Assembly (NCBI GenBank): GCA_900316585.1
Contig: ONDM01000006.1
Span: 307,578 to 371,577, forward strand
Direction of reading: 5' to 3'
DNA length: 64,000 nucleotides
Source: an uncultured Prevotellaceae bacterium
GTDB lineage: Bacteria > Bacteroidota > Bacteroidia > Bacteroidales > Bacteroidaceae
Shown here piece by piece: positions 36,404-46,602 of the stretch. Each line of letters starts with the position of its first letter. Positions within the stretch are counted from its first letter, which is position 1. Made by a program: the position numbers and the translations under genes. The notes under the pieces were generated by a model. The model was given only the letters and a program-made list of their open reading frames with translations, did not search any database and was not told the DNA's origin.

Positions 36404-37795
36404 ATGAAATCGCCATTAATTCATAGTTTACCTATTGAAACACTCCAGTTTGATACTCCGGATTGTTTTACATATCCGTTTTATTACCAGCCCCATCCTC
36501 TTTGTATTGCTGCTGCAGAATGTGTAAAAGCTGAACTTAGCAATTTCCCGGAGTGGAATATTGAAAAAGAAAGTGGCAAGATGTTTGGTGTCTTGGTTGT
36601 TTTAGACACAAAAACTGGAGAACGAGGCTTTCTAGCTGCTTATTCAGGGAATATACAAGGGCGGAATGATTATCCTTATTTTGTGCCTCCTGTTTTTAAT
36701 CTTCTGAATCCGTTAGGCTATTTTGTAAAAGAAGAAAAGGCCATTTCTGAGATTAATCATCGCATCGCCAGTCTTTCTGATACAGATTCAATTATTAATA
36801 GTTTGAAAAATGAAAGAAAGTCTCGTTCTCATGCTCTTCAGCAATGGCTTTTTCAGCACTATGTGGTTCAAAATGCCATGGGCGATAAACGGAGTATCCT
36901 TCAGGTCTTTGAAGGAAAAATCCCTCCTGGTGGTACTGGAGAGTGTTGTGGGCCAAAACTTCTTCAGGCAGCCTATAAATTAGGTTTGAAGCCCCTCTGT
37001 ATGGCTGAATTTTGGATGGGGAAGACACCAAAGGATGAACTGCGAATTGAAGGAAATTTTTATACAGCATGTCGTAGCAAGTGTAAGCCAGTCCTTACAT
37101 ATATGATGAAAGGCTTAAAGATTGAAGATAATCCTTTATTGCAGAAAAACCGAGAAATGGTTGCTCTCTTGAAAATTATTTATGAAGATGAAGCTATTGT
37201 TGTAATTGATAAACCTTCAGGTATGTTAGCTGTGCCAGGCAAGGATGATGTGCCATCTGTCTATGATGTTATCAAGGAAAAGTTTCCTAATTTAAGCGGC
37301 CCCATTATTGTACATCGTTTGGATATGGATACTTCAGGTTTGATGGTCTTGGCAAAGAATGAACATGTATATAGAGAATTGCAACGTCAATTTGTAGGTC
37401 ATGAAGTAGAGAAACACTATGTAGCATTATTGGATGCCAAAAATTTAAATCCTGTAGAAAAAGAAGGTACAATTAAACTCCCACTTTGCCTGAATCCAAA
37501 TGATAGACCACGACAGATTGTAAGTGAACAATATGGTAAATATGCAGAAACACATTATGTGTTAGGTGATTATAATTCAGAGGGCTATCTGAGAGTGGAT
37601 TTCTATCCAGCTACAGGACGTACTCATCAGTTGAGAGTACATTCTGCTCATAAATTAGGCTTAAATGCACCTATTGTTGGTGATAATTTGTATGGAAACT
37701 GTGCACAAAGATTATATCTTCATGCACAAGATATCAAATTCACTCATCCACTAACAGGCGAAAAGGTTACTTTTACTTCTGCTTGCCCTTACTAA
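36404..37795 (+). CDS. RluA-family pseudouridine synthase with a roughly 250-aa N-terminal extension
   Basis: Catalytic motif HRLDMDTSGLMVLAK and C-terminal GRTHQLRVH. The tracked start at 36221 overlaps ilvA, so the ATG at 36404 is used. That ATG is preceded by TAAATTTG at 36390-36397. Confidence 0.85.
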   Translation: MKSPLIHSLPIETLQFDTPDCFTYPFYYQPHPLCIAAAECVKAELSNFPEWNIEKESGKMFGVLVVLDTKTGERGFLAAYSGNIQGRNDYPYFVPPVFNLLNPLGYFVKEEKAISEINHRIASLSDTDSIINSLKNERKSRSHALQQWLFQHYVVQNAMGDKRSILQVFEGKIPPGGTGECCGPKLLQAAYKLGLKPLCMAEFWMGKTPKDELRIEGNFYTACRSKCKPVLTYMMKGLKIEDNPLLQKNREMVALLKIIYEDEAIVVIDKPSGMLAVPGKDDVPSVYDVIKEKFPNLSGPIIVHRLDMDTSGLMVLAKNEHVYRELQRQFVGHEVEKHYVALLDAKNLNPVEKEGTIKLPLCLNPNDRPRQIVSEQYGKYAETHYVLGDYNSEGYLRVDFYPATGRTHQLRVHSAHKLGLNAPIVGDNLYGNCAQRLYLHAQDIKFTHPLTGEKVTFTSACPY

Positions 37796-39212
37796 TTATT
37801 AGCATGCCAATGAAAGTAAAGGTAGCATTAAGAATCAAGATCTCATAGCTGAACTTATATCCATTGAACCATGTTACACTGTTCTTGTCCAAAATGAAAC
37901 AAAGAATAGGGGCGGAAATAGAAATAAATGGAAGCAGTTTGTCTCTAACTATAAATTTGGTGAATATGCCAAAGGCAAATAAGCCTAAAATAGGTCCATA
38001 CGTATAACTTGCCAATTTGTAAACAGCATCAATTACGCTGGTATTATTGAAAAGATTAAATGCGAAAATGACTATACCCATTACTATTGTTAGTGCAATG
38101 TGTACATGCTTTCGCAATTTCCTCAGTGCATTTTCTGTTTTATTTCTTGCGTGAAGAATATCTAAAGTAAAACTAGTCGTTAGAGCTGTTAATGCAGATC
38201 CTGCTGCATTATATGCTGCAGCTACTAGACCGATAATAAATAAGACACCTACAATTGCAGGTAAACCACCTTGAGTCGCTACAGTTGGGAATAACTCATC
38301 TTTTACAGCAGCAATTCCATGCTTTTCTGCATAGAGGTAAAGCAGTGTTCCCAAGAATAAAAAGAGAGCTATTACAGGTAATTGCATTAGACCACTTGTA
38401 ATCATGTTCTTTTGTGCATCTTTGCTATTACGACAGCTAAGATTACGCTGCATCATATCTTGGTCGAGTCCATTAGTGGCAATCATGGTAAAGATACCTG
38501 CTAAAAACTGTTTCCAGAAGAATTGTGGTGCATTGACATTGTTTAGGAAAACAAAATCATGTTCATTCCAAACAGTACTGCATAAGCTGCTGAAATCTAG
38601 GTTCAAATCTGCAGCTATAAAGTAAATGCTTAAAACCACACTGATAATTAGACATGCTGATTTCAATGTGTCAGCCCAAATGATGGATTTTACCCCTCCT
38701 TGTGCTGTATATAGCCACACAAGAAACATGGAACATGCTATATTTAAAACGAATGGTAAACCTAAAGGACCAAACACCAGTAATTGTAATGTTAAGCAGA
38801 CAAGGTAAAATCTTACAGCGGCTCCTAACATTTTGCTAATGAAAAAGAACCAGGCACCTGTTTTATATGTTGTAATACCAAATCGTTGTTCAAGGTATTC
38901 GTAAATAGATGTCAGGTTCATTCGATAGAACAATGGAACTAGTACATATGCAATAAGTAATTGTCCTACAATGAATCCTAATACCATTTGTAAATAACCA
39001 TAATCAGCAGTCTGTACCATACCTGGCACTGAAACAAAGGTCACACCGCTGATCATACTTCCAATCATGGCAAAAGCGACCATATACCATTTTGATTGGC
39101 GTCCACCATTGAAAAATTCAGCATTATTCGAACCACGTCCGACCCACCAGGAAATTCCAAATAATAAACAGAAGTATGCTGCTATAGTAATAAGAACGGT
39201 TATAGGACTCAT
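37773..39212 (-). CDS. sodium:solute symporter (SSS) family transporter
   Basis: 479 aa with about 13 TM segments and SSS-type N-terminal motifs. An ATGA overlap with the upstream DUF1343 gene suggests translational coupling. Confidence 0.8.
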   Translation of the reverse strand: MSPITVLITIAAYFCLLFGISWWVGRGSNNAEFFNGGRQSKWYMVAFAMIGSMISGVTFVSVPGMVQTADYGYLQMVLGFIVGQLLIAYVLVPLFYRMNLTSIYEYLEQRFGITTYKTGAWFFFISKMLGAAVRFYLVCLTLQLLVFGPLGLPFVLNIACSMFLVWLYTAQGGVKSIIWADTLKSACLIISVVLSIYFIAADLNLDFSSLCSTVWNEHDFVFLNNVNAPQFFWKQFLAGIFTMIATNGLDQDMMQRNLSCRNSKDAQKNMITSGLMQLPVIALFLFLGTLLYLYAEKHGIAAVKDELFPTVATQGGLPAIVGVLFIIGLVAAAYNAAGSALTALTTSFTLDILHARNKTENALRKLRKHVHIALTIVMGIVIFAFNLFNNTSVIDAVYKLASYTYGPILGLFAFGIFTKFIVRDKLLPFISISAPILCFILDKNSVTWFNGYKFSYEILILNATFTFIGMLIISKGKQK

Positions 39213-40372
39213 TCTGGATAAATTAAATATGGTTTACGTTGTTTCTTGAATAATTCCACATCTTCTTTCCATGTGGCTTGAATTTGTACAGCAGTGAGCC
39301 CATCCTCAATCATTTTGCGTATATCTTTCTTTCCAATCAATTTTTCAAAAAAGTTTGTAAAGAACTTGTCACCTTGCTGGAGTTTGGTATAGGCATCAAT
39401 GAGATAACTTAAATCAATGTGCTTGTTGCGAAGTTCATCTATGTTAAGTCCGCTTAAATCAACTCCCCAACATAGCTTGTCTAATTGCGGAGGATTTTTT
39501 GCGCCATTTCGGCTGGTAACAGTGAAGCAGTAGTAACAGCCACCCATTTTAGGATGACCATATTGCTGAAATGGTTTATCAGTTCCTCGTCCTAGACTTA
39601 CTTCAGTAGCTTCAAAATAGCAAAGAGAAGGATAGAGGTAAACCGAGGTCATATTTGGCAGGTTTGGGGATGGAGGTACTGGAAGTTCATAAAAAGTGTG
39701 GTGGGTATAATTTAAACATGGTATGACTGTTAGTTTGCAGCAGTTTTTTTTATTGTTTATCCAACCTTCTGCATTGGCCATAACAGCAAGTTCTCCTAGT
39801 GTCATGCCATGTACAATAGGAATAGGTAAGCCACCAACTCCACTTTTAAGAGCCATATCTAATATAGGCCCGTCTACATAATGTCCATTTGGATTTGGTC
39901 TGTCTAACAATATGACTTCTTTATTCTTGTCTGCACAACGACTCATGAGTTGAATCATGGTAATATAGTAGGTGTAAAAGCGCAATCCTACATCTTGAAT
40001 ATCAATCACCAATACATCAAACTTATCCATAGAATCATTGTTGGCTCCTGCATTCTTGCCATCATAAAGGGATAGGATAGGCACTCCTGTTTCGGGGTCT
40101 ACACTGCTGCTTACATGTTCACCAGCATCTGCTGTACCACGGAAACCATGTTCAGGAGAGAATATGGCTGTTACGTTAATGTTGTTTTGCAGTAAAAGAT
40201 CCAAAACATGTTGACTACCTGCTATTCCTGTATGGTTGCTAAATAACGCCACTCTCTTGTTGTCTAGCAATGGTAGATAAACATCAGTTCTTTCATCGCC
40301 TAATTTAATCTGAGCCATGGACCTAGTTAAAAAAAGGCATATATAAACATAAATAAGAAATGTGCGTTTCAT
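39209..40372 (-). CDS. namZ: DUF1343 protein (NamZ-like exo-beta-N-acetylmuramidase family)
   Basis: Signal peptide. DUF1343-type motifs are present: VALFSNHTG, SPEHGFRG, LVIDIQDVG.RFYTY, DRPNP. Confidence 0.7.
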   Translation of the reverse strand: MKRTFLIYVYICLFLTRSMAQIKLGDERTDVYLPLLDNKRVALFSNHTGIAGSQHVLDLLLQNNINVTAIFSPEHGFRGTADAGEHVSSSVDPETGVPILSLYDGKNAGANNDSMDKFDVLVIDIQDVGLRFYTYYITMIQLMSRCADKNKEVILLDRPNPNGHYVDGPILDMALKSGVGGLPIPIVHGMTLGELAVMANAEGWINNKKNCCKLTVIPCLNYTHHTFYELPVPPSPNLPNMTSVYLYPSLCYFEATEVSLGRGTDKPFQQYGHPKMGGCYYCFTVTSRNGAKNPPQLDKLCWGVDLSGLNIDELRNKHIDLSYLIDAYTKLQQGDKFFTNFFEKLIGKKDIRKMIEDGLTAVQIQATWKEDVELFKKQRKPYLIYPE

Positions 40373-40405
40373 GTGTTATGAATTGGTGACACAAAAATAT
40401 ACAAA

Positions 40406-40439
40406 AAAAAGGTCTCATCAAAATAGATGAGACCTTTTT
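40406..40439 (-). terminator. rho-independent terminator downstream of the GH3 gene at 40457
   Basis: aaaaaggtctcatc / gatgagaccttttt forms a perfect 14-bp stem with a 6-nt loop. Confidence 0.85.
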
Positions 40440-40456
40440 CTAATGTGTATGGAGTA

Positions 40457-42760
40457 TTACTTTACAGTTAATGTTGCTGTTTTGACATCATTACTGTTTG
40501 TACCAATCATGATTTCGTAATCACCTGGTTCACAAACGAAGTTCAAATCATGGTCATAGTACTTCAGTTCTTCTGCAGTGATTTTAAATTCTACCGTCTT
40601 TGTCTCTCCTGGTTTCAGGTTAATCTTCTGGAATCCTTTCAACTCTTTTACAGGACGGGTGGAAGTGCTATAAATGTCGTGAATATAGAGCTGTACTGTT
40701 TCTTTACCTTCTCTATCACCTGTATTCTTAACAGTGATGCTTGCTGTAATGTTACCATTCTGATCCATTTCTTTGCCAGACAGTTTAATATCACCATATT
40801 CAAAGGTGGTATAGCTCAAGCCATAACCAAAGTAATATAGAGGTCCATTTTCAACATCCATGAAGCAAGATACGAACTTGCGGTATGGGTCAGTGTCTCC
40901 ATGAGGACGACCTGTGTTTTTATGGTTATAGTAAATCGGCATCTGGCCATTGGCACGAGGGAACGAAGTGGTTAATTTACCAGAAGGGTTCACATCACCA
41001 AATAAAACGTCAGCAATTGCATGTCCAGCTTCAGCACCTAAGTTCCAAGTATTAAGAATTGCATCACAGTTTTCATTTTCCCAGTTAAGCAATAATGGAC
41101 GGCCAGTTGTAAGAACTAAAACTAATGGTTTGCCAGTAGCCTTTAATGCTTTCAGTAAGTTTTCTTCTGCATCAGGCATAGAGATGTCAGAACGGCTAGA
41201 ACCTTCACCACTCATGTTGTTTAGTTCTCCTAAGCAAGCTACAACTACATCTGCGTTACGGGCAACTCTCACTGCTTCTGCGAGTAAAGTTGATTGTGGC
41301 AATGGATGTACAGATGGAAACTCCATATCTGGTCTGAACATTTTCATTAAACCATAAGTAACAGATTCTTCCTTAGCCTCATCTTCAAAAATATAAGATC
41401 CCTGTGCATAAGTTACAGAACCTCCTTCAAGTGCTTCTTTTACACCTTGTAAGATGGTAACATTTTCATCAGCCCGATGGCTCATTGCCCAAGCACCTTC
41501 CATTTCTTTTGCATTATCTGCAAATGGACCTATCAAAGCAATTTTAGCGTTTTTCTTCAATGGTAAAACTCCATTGTTTTTCAGTAGGACTTGGCACTCT
41601 TGAGCTATTTTGCGTGCAAATGCCAACTGTTCTGCATTACGGATTTCGACAGAATCTCGACCTTCCTTCAAATATTTGTAAGGATCTTCGAATAGGCCTA
41701 ATTTCCACTTTGCTTCCAAGATACGACGACAAGCCTTGTTGATATCCTCTTCAGAAACTTTACCTTCATCGTAGCTCTTTTTCAGAGTCTTAACAAAAGC
41801 ATCTGACCCCATGTCCATATCCAAACCTGCTTGGAGTGCACGACGTGCAACTTCTTGCTGGTCTCCAATACCGTGAGCAATGATTTCATTTACTGCTGTT
41901 GCATCTGAAACAACAAAACCTTTAAATCCCCATTGGTCACGTAAAACTTCGGTCAGCAGATAATGGTTACATGTAGCTGGAATACCTTCAAATTCATTAA
42001 AAGAACTCATATATGAGCCAGCACCTGCAATTGCAGCTTGCTTGTAAGGATTCATGAATCCATTTAATGCTTCTTGACGGCTTAAGAATACGCTGTTGTA
42101 ATCACGTCCTGCTTCAGCACCTCCATAAAGAGCATAGTGCTTTACACACACCATTACGCTATTATCTGCAGATAAGTCTTCACCTTGATATCCACGAACA
42201 TAAGCCTTGGCAATCTCACCACCTAAATATGGGTCTTCACCGCCACCTTCTACAATACGTCCCCAGCGTGCATCTCTACATATATCTACCATTGGGCTAT
42301 AAACCCAGTTGATTCCTACTGAAGAAGCTTCTTTTGCAGCCATACGTGCAGATTCTTCTACTAAATCCATATTCCAGGAATTAGAAATAGCCAATGGAGT
42401 AGGATAGGAGGTTTCAAAACCATGGATAACATCATTACCGAAAATCAATGGAATTTTATGCTTTCCTTGCATGGCAATTTCTTGTAATTGCTTAATCTGT
42501 TGCATGTTGGTAAATCCATAGAAAGCTCCCATGTTCCCTTCCTTTAATTGCTGGATAGCTTCTGCCTCTTCAGGAAGGGTGGCATTAGTCTGGAAGTAAG
42601 TCCAGTTTGATTTCAAGTTAAGCTGACCAATCTTCTCTTCGATTGTCATCTCACTCATCAGTTTGTCGATGAATTCGTTCATCTTGGCATCTTGACTGTT
42701 GTCTTTAGCGCAACTAAAGAATAATGCAGCCATGGAGATGGCTAGAATTGTTTTTTTCAT
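40457..42760 (-). CDS. bglX: periplasmic GH3 beta-glucosidase (BglX-like)
   Basis: Lipoprotein-type signal (FFSCAKDN). GH3 motifs are present: KHYALYG, FVVSDA, and a C-terminal Fn3-like domain. A TAAATTTG -7 box lies upstream. Confidence 0.9.
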   Translation of the reverse strand: MKKTILAISMAALFFSCAKDNSQDAKMNEFIDKLMSEMTIEEKIGQLNLKSNWTYFQTNATLPEEAEAIQQLKEGNMGAFYGFTNMQQIKQLQEIAMQGKHKIPLIFGNDVIHGFETSYPTPLAISNSWNMDLVEESARMAAKEASSVGINWVYSPMVDICRDARWGRIVEGGGEDPYLGGEIAKAYVRGYQGEDLSADNSVMVCVKHYALYGGAEAGRDYNSVFLSRQEALNGFMNPYKQAAIAGAGSYMSSFNEFEGIPATCNHYLLTEVLRDQWGFKGFVVSDATAVNEIIAHGIGDQQEVARRALQAGLDMDMGSDAFVKTLKKSYDEGKVSEEDINKACRRILEAKWKLGLFEDPYKYLKEGRDSVEIRNAEQLAFARKIAQECQVLLKNNGVLPLKKNAKIALIGPFADNAKEMEGAWAMSHRADENVTILQGVKEALEGGSVTYAQGSYIFEDEAKEESVTYGLMKMFRPDMEFPSVHPLPQSTLLAEAVRVARNADVVVACLGELNNMSGEGSSRSDISMPDAEENLLKALKATGKPLVLVLTTGRPLLLNWENENCDAILNTWNLGAEAGHAIADVLFGDVNPSGKLTTSFPRANGQMPIYYNHKNTGRPHGDTDPYRKFVSCFMDVENGPLYYFGYGLSYTTFEYGDIKLSGKEMDQNGNITASITVKNTGDREGKETVQLYIHDIYSTSTRPVKELKGFQKINLKPGETKTVEFKITAEELKYYDHDLNFVCEPGDYEIMIGTNSNDVKTATLTVK

Positions 42761-42845
42761 ATGATTATATTTAGATTAAAGTTTTTCATTGCAAATTTAA
42801 TTTTATTATGTGATAAATTCAAATTTTGTGGTTATATTTGCGTCA

Positions 42846-43199
42846 ATGAAAATAATACGGAATAAATATTTACCTATTGGGAAAAACTTTTGGGCCATAA
42901 ACATCCTCGGCATAGTATTTACCAAGGGTAAGTTAAGTCGTATATCTGAAAACCATGAGTATATTCATACGCTTCAGCAGAGGGAAATGCTTTTTGTCTT
43001 TTTTTATCTTTGGTATATAGTTGAATGGATTTTCCGTTGGATACAGTTCCGAGACAGGGAAAAGGCTTATTATCATATATCCTTTGAGCAAGAAGCTTAT
43101 TGCAATCAGAGGAACTTGCTTTATCCTCAGCAAAGGATTTTTTTCGCATGGACAAAGTATTTGAAAAGGAAGAGACATAAAGAAAGCCGCCAGTTATAA
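42846..43199 (+). CDS. small hypothetical membrane-associated protein with an HEYIH motif
   Basis: The ATG at 42846 follows TATATTTG directly. NHEYIHTLQQREM is followed by a hydrophobic/aromatic helix and FEQEAY. Confidence 0.4.
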   Translation: MKIIRNKYLPIGKNFWAINILGIVFTKGKLSRISENHEYIHTLQQREMLFVFFYLWYIVEWIFRWIQFRDREKAYYHISFEQEAYCNQRNLLYPQQRIFFAWTKYLKRKRHKESRQL

Positions 43200-43215
43200 A
43201 TCTGGCGGCTTTCTT
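43180..43215. terminator. bidirectional terminator (14-bp stem) whose loop contains the stop codon of the 42846 gene
   Basis: aagaaagccgccag / ctggcggctttctt. The TAA at 43197-43199 lies in the 8-nt loop. Confidence 0.8.
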
Positions 43216-43229
43216 GTTATTGTGAAGGG

Positions 43230-46200
43230 TTATTTGTTATCAATCTGCTTGAGCAGTTCTTTTACAGAAGTTTCAAGTTGGGCATCTTCTCCTTCAACAA
43301 CCTTTGATGGATCATTAAGAATTAAGATGTCTGGTTCTAACTGAGTGTTTTCCAAATATTGCCCGTTCTCTTGGAGGTAGCCTATGATAGGTATACCATA
43401 AACTAATGTCGGATCTTGTGTTGTAACCCAATTCACGGTGGTCATAGTTCCTGGGACAGGGGCGCCTACAACCTTGCCTAATTTCTGATGCTGATATACC
43501 CATGGGGTTCCATGAGCATTACTATAATTGGCTTCACAGGTAATCATTATTGTTGGCTTATTCCATCGTCTGCTTGGCATGTCACAAGTTTCTTCACCAC
43601 GGTCTATTTGGGTTAAGTACTTGTGACCGCTTACTAATATTTCGATGTCTTCGTGTAAACGTCCACCGCCATTCCATCTAGTATCGATAATAACACCATC
43701 TTTCAGATTATATTTACCAAGCATGTCACTGTATGCCTGACGGAAACTTGCATCTGACATGGATTGTAAATGCACGTACCCTAAGCGCCCATTAGATAGT
43801 TTGTCTACTTTTTCTGCATTCTTTTTTACCCAACGGTCATAGAGCAGAGAGTTAACCTGTCCGGAAGTGATAGGAAGGATTACCTCATCCCAACGTTGTT
43901 TGGTTGTTGGATCATAGATAGAAACTAGGGTTTTCTTTCTGCTAATACCATTCATCAGTTGTGCGATATCTGTGTTGGCCGTAATTTCTTCTCCATTGAT
44001 TTTTTCGATGATATTACCTGCTTTTAATTTAGAACTAGCACGATCAAATGGACCACCTGATAAGATTTCGTCAACCTTCATGCCAGCCTTTTCCCAAGTC
44101 ATGTCAAAGAGTAATCCTAAATTTGCAGTTGAATCATCACCTGCATTTCCACGAGGTGAATAGCGGCCACCTGTATGAGAAACGTTTAATTCGCCTAACA
44201 GCTCAGAAAGCATTTCTGCAAAATCATAGTTGTTGTCAATGTGTGGTAAGAACTTCTTATAGTCGTTGACCATAGAATCCCAGTCTATGCCATGCATATT
44301 GGTGTTATAGAATCGAGTCTTTTCAGACTGATACACATTTTGCAATAAATACTCACGTTCCTTGGTTAGATCTTGTTTCATTTCTGCTGAATAGCTGATG
44401 TTCTCAAGCTTTTCACTTTTACCGTCCATTTTTTTCATGTCACGGCTTCCAAGAATATAGATATTACCATCCTTGTCCATCTCAAGTGATGCCCAGGATG
44501 TATTCATCTTATGCAAAAGTTTTGTTTCATTTTTACGTAAACTGATTTTCCAAAGGTCTGCCCCTCTTTCAAAAGACGCAAAATAATAAAGATTTTCACC
44601 ATCTTTTGACAGAATCGTACTACCAAGACTGCTGGAATTCGGTGTCAAGCGAACTATTCTATCTTGAATACCCTTGGTTTCAACAACAATATCTTTTGTG
44701 GATGGAGCTTCGGTTTTATTTGTTACATCTTTCTTCTTGCTGTTTTTTTCATCAGCTTTCGGAGCCTCCTTCTTTTGGTCTTTTTCCAATTCTTTTTGCA
44801 GCTGATAGTCTTCTTCACTTAAACGGTATTTGTCATAGGCATCCTGATTCATAAATACTAGAAAGGCATCTTCTTCAGAACCCCAAGATGCATGGTTTCT
44901 CATACCGTATCTTTCATTGTTGAAAAGGATTGCATTTCCATCTAAAACCCAGCGAGGGCTACTGCTTGCATAACCACTTTCCGTAATATTGGTCATTTGT
45001 TTACCTTGTGCATCAATAATAGCAATGTCATAATATGGATCGCGTTTGTTTCCAACCATCTCCAACGTAAACCATTTGCTATCTGGACTCCAAGAGTAAT
45101 CAAATCCACCACCAGTAGTCATCCAGGTCTTATTATCAGTTATTTGACGAGTCTGTTTACTTTGAAGATTATATACCATTAAATTCTTTCTGTTTTCAAT
45201 GAATGCAAGTTCCTTACCATCAGGGGAGAACTGTGGATAATCGCGTTCTGCATTTACATTGTGTAGAATAGGTTCCTCAGTAATCAAGGTCGCATTAGGG
45301 AAGTTGGGATCTTCAGTTCTGGTAATAGTTGCTTTATATAATTGCTTAACACCACCATCTCTTTCACTAGCATAAATCAAGGTCCTGTTGTCAGTACCCC
45401 AAGCTACATGATATTCTGCAGCAGGAGTGTGTGTAATCTGTTTTGTAGTAGCAAAAGCAGTACTGGTTACAAACACTTCACCACGTTGAACGAAGGCTAT
45501 CTGCTTTCCATCTGGAGATACAGCACCTTCAGTTGCTCCATTGGAAAAACGGAGAGTCGCAACTGTCACTTCATCGTCCTTAGTAAGGGAAATGTTTACT
45601 TTTTTTGCATTTCCATTCAGAGGTTGAGTGTAAATTTCTCCGTCGAAAGTATAGCACATAATATCATTATTGCTGATGCTCAGGAAACGTACCGGGTGCT
45701 TTTTGTAGTTGGTGACAGCTTGAATTGAGCTAGGATTATTCAATGGGAAACTATAAACATTGAATGTGCCACCATTTCGTTCACTCAGGATATATACAGT
45801 TTTTCCATCAGAGGAAATGGCCGGATTCCTATCTTCTCCAGCTTTGTTGGTTAAATTTGTGTATTGCTTTTTTTCTGTATCATAGACCCATATATCACGA
45901 GTTACTGATGAGGTATGGTGCTTACGCCATTCATCCTCCATTCCTTTTTGGTCTTGATATAGGATTTTCTTTCCGTCAGGAGTGAAATGTAACATTTCCA
46001 TAGCATTGCCCAGGCATTGAACAGAGCGTCCTCCTAGTACAGGGACTTTATAGAGCTCAGTCAGTCTACGTGTAGGGAATAATGCGCTAGTAAACTGATC
46101 TTGAATGTTGGCAGAAAAAAGAATATGTTTTCCATCAGGGGTAAAAGTAGAAGGAATCTCGGAGGTGGAATTGTAAGTCAATCGGGTTGCATCACCACCT

Positions 46201-46520
46201 TCTGACGACATTACAAAAACATCAAAGTTCCCGTGACGGTCTGATGCAAAGGCTATCTGTTTGCCATCTGGACTCCAAATAGGAGTAGATTCATAAGTAG
46301 GTTGTGTGGTCAGACGAATAGCTTGACCTCCATTTACAGATACTTTGTAGATGTCACCTTTGTAACAGAAAGCAATCTGCTGGCCATCAGGTGAAATCAT
46401 TACATCACGTAACCATAATGGGGTTACATTGGCTGCTGCTCGACTTTCCATAGGAGTAGTGAAAGCTACTGTGCTTAAGGCAAAAGTGGCAACAATTTTG
46501 GTGAAATTGATTTTGCTCAT
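43230..46520 (-). CDS. tricorn protease homolog (TolB-like beta-propellers + PDZ + S41 peptidase domain)
   Basis: 1096 aa with a signal peptide. Repeated SPDGK..AF propeller blades are present, followed by a C-terminal PDZ-like region and an S41-like region (…DTRWNGGG…). Confidence 0.8.
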   Translation of the reverse strand: MSKINFTKIVATFALSTVAFTTPMESRAAANVTPLWLRDVMISPDGQQIAFCYKGDIYKVSVNGGQAIRLTTQPTYESTPIWSPDGKQIAFASDRHGNFDVFVMSSEGGDATRLTYNSTSEIPSTFTPDGKHILFSANIQDQFTSALFPTRRLTELYKVPVLGGRSVQCLGNAMEMLHFTPDGKKILYQDQKGMEDEWRKHHTSSVTRDIWVYDTEKKQYTNLTNKAGEDRNPAISSDGKTVYILSERNGGTFNVYSFPLNNPSSIQAVTNYKKHPVRFLSISNNDIMCYTFDGEIYTQPLNGNAKKVNISLTKDDEVTVATLRFSNGATEGAVSPDGKQIAFVQRGEVFVTSTAFATTKQITHTPAAEYHVAWGTDNRTLIYASERDGGVKQLYKATITRTEDPNFPNATLITEEPILHNVNAERDYPQFSPDGKELAFIENRKNLMVYNLQSKQTRQITDNKTWMTTGGGFDYSWSPDSKWFTLEMVGNKRDPYYDIAIIDAQGKQMTNITESGYASSSPRWVLDGNAILFNNERYGMRNHASWGSEEDAFLVFMNQDAYDKYRLSEEDYQLQKELEKDQKKEAPKADEKNSKKKDVTNKTEAPSTKDIVVETKGIQDRIVRLTPNSSSLGSTILSKDGENLYYFASFERGADLWKISLRKNETKLLHKMNTSWASLEMDKDGNIYILGSRDMKKMDGKSEKLENISYSAEMKQDLTKEREYLLQNVYQSEKTRFYNTNMHGIDWDSMVNDYKKFLPHIDNNYDFAEMLSELLGELNVSHTGGRYSPRGNAGDDSTANLGLLFDMTWEKAGMKVDEILSGGPFDRASSKLKAGNIIEKINGEEITANTDIAQLMNGISRKKTLVSIYDPTTKQRWDEVILPITSGQVNSLLYDRWVKKNAEKVDKLSNGRLGYVHLQSMSDASFRQAYSDMLGKYNLKDGVIIDTRWNGGGRLHEDIEILVSGHKYLTQIDRGEETCDMPSRRWNKPTIMITCEANYSNAHGTPWVYQHQKLGKVVGAPVPGTMTTVNWVTTQDPTLVYGIPIIGYLQENGQYLENTQLEPDILILNDPSKVVEGEDAQLETSVKELLKQIDNK

Positions 46521-46602
46521 ATTGTTTATATGTTAGTATTAATTGCGCAAATTTAATCAAAAAAACAGAGAAGGGAAGTTGATTCTGACAAAACCTTCCA
46601 AT

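Noticed and set aside
37773-37795. 23-bp convergent overlap of the RluA and SSS transporter 3' ends, considered as a possible frameshift or annotation artefact.
   Set aside because: Both proteins end with plausible family-length C-termini and neither frame shows a disruption. Short convergent overlaps are common in compact genomes.
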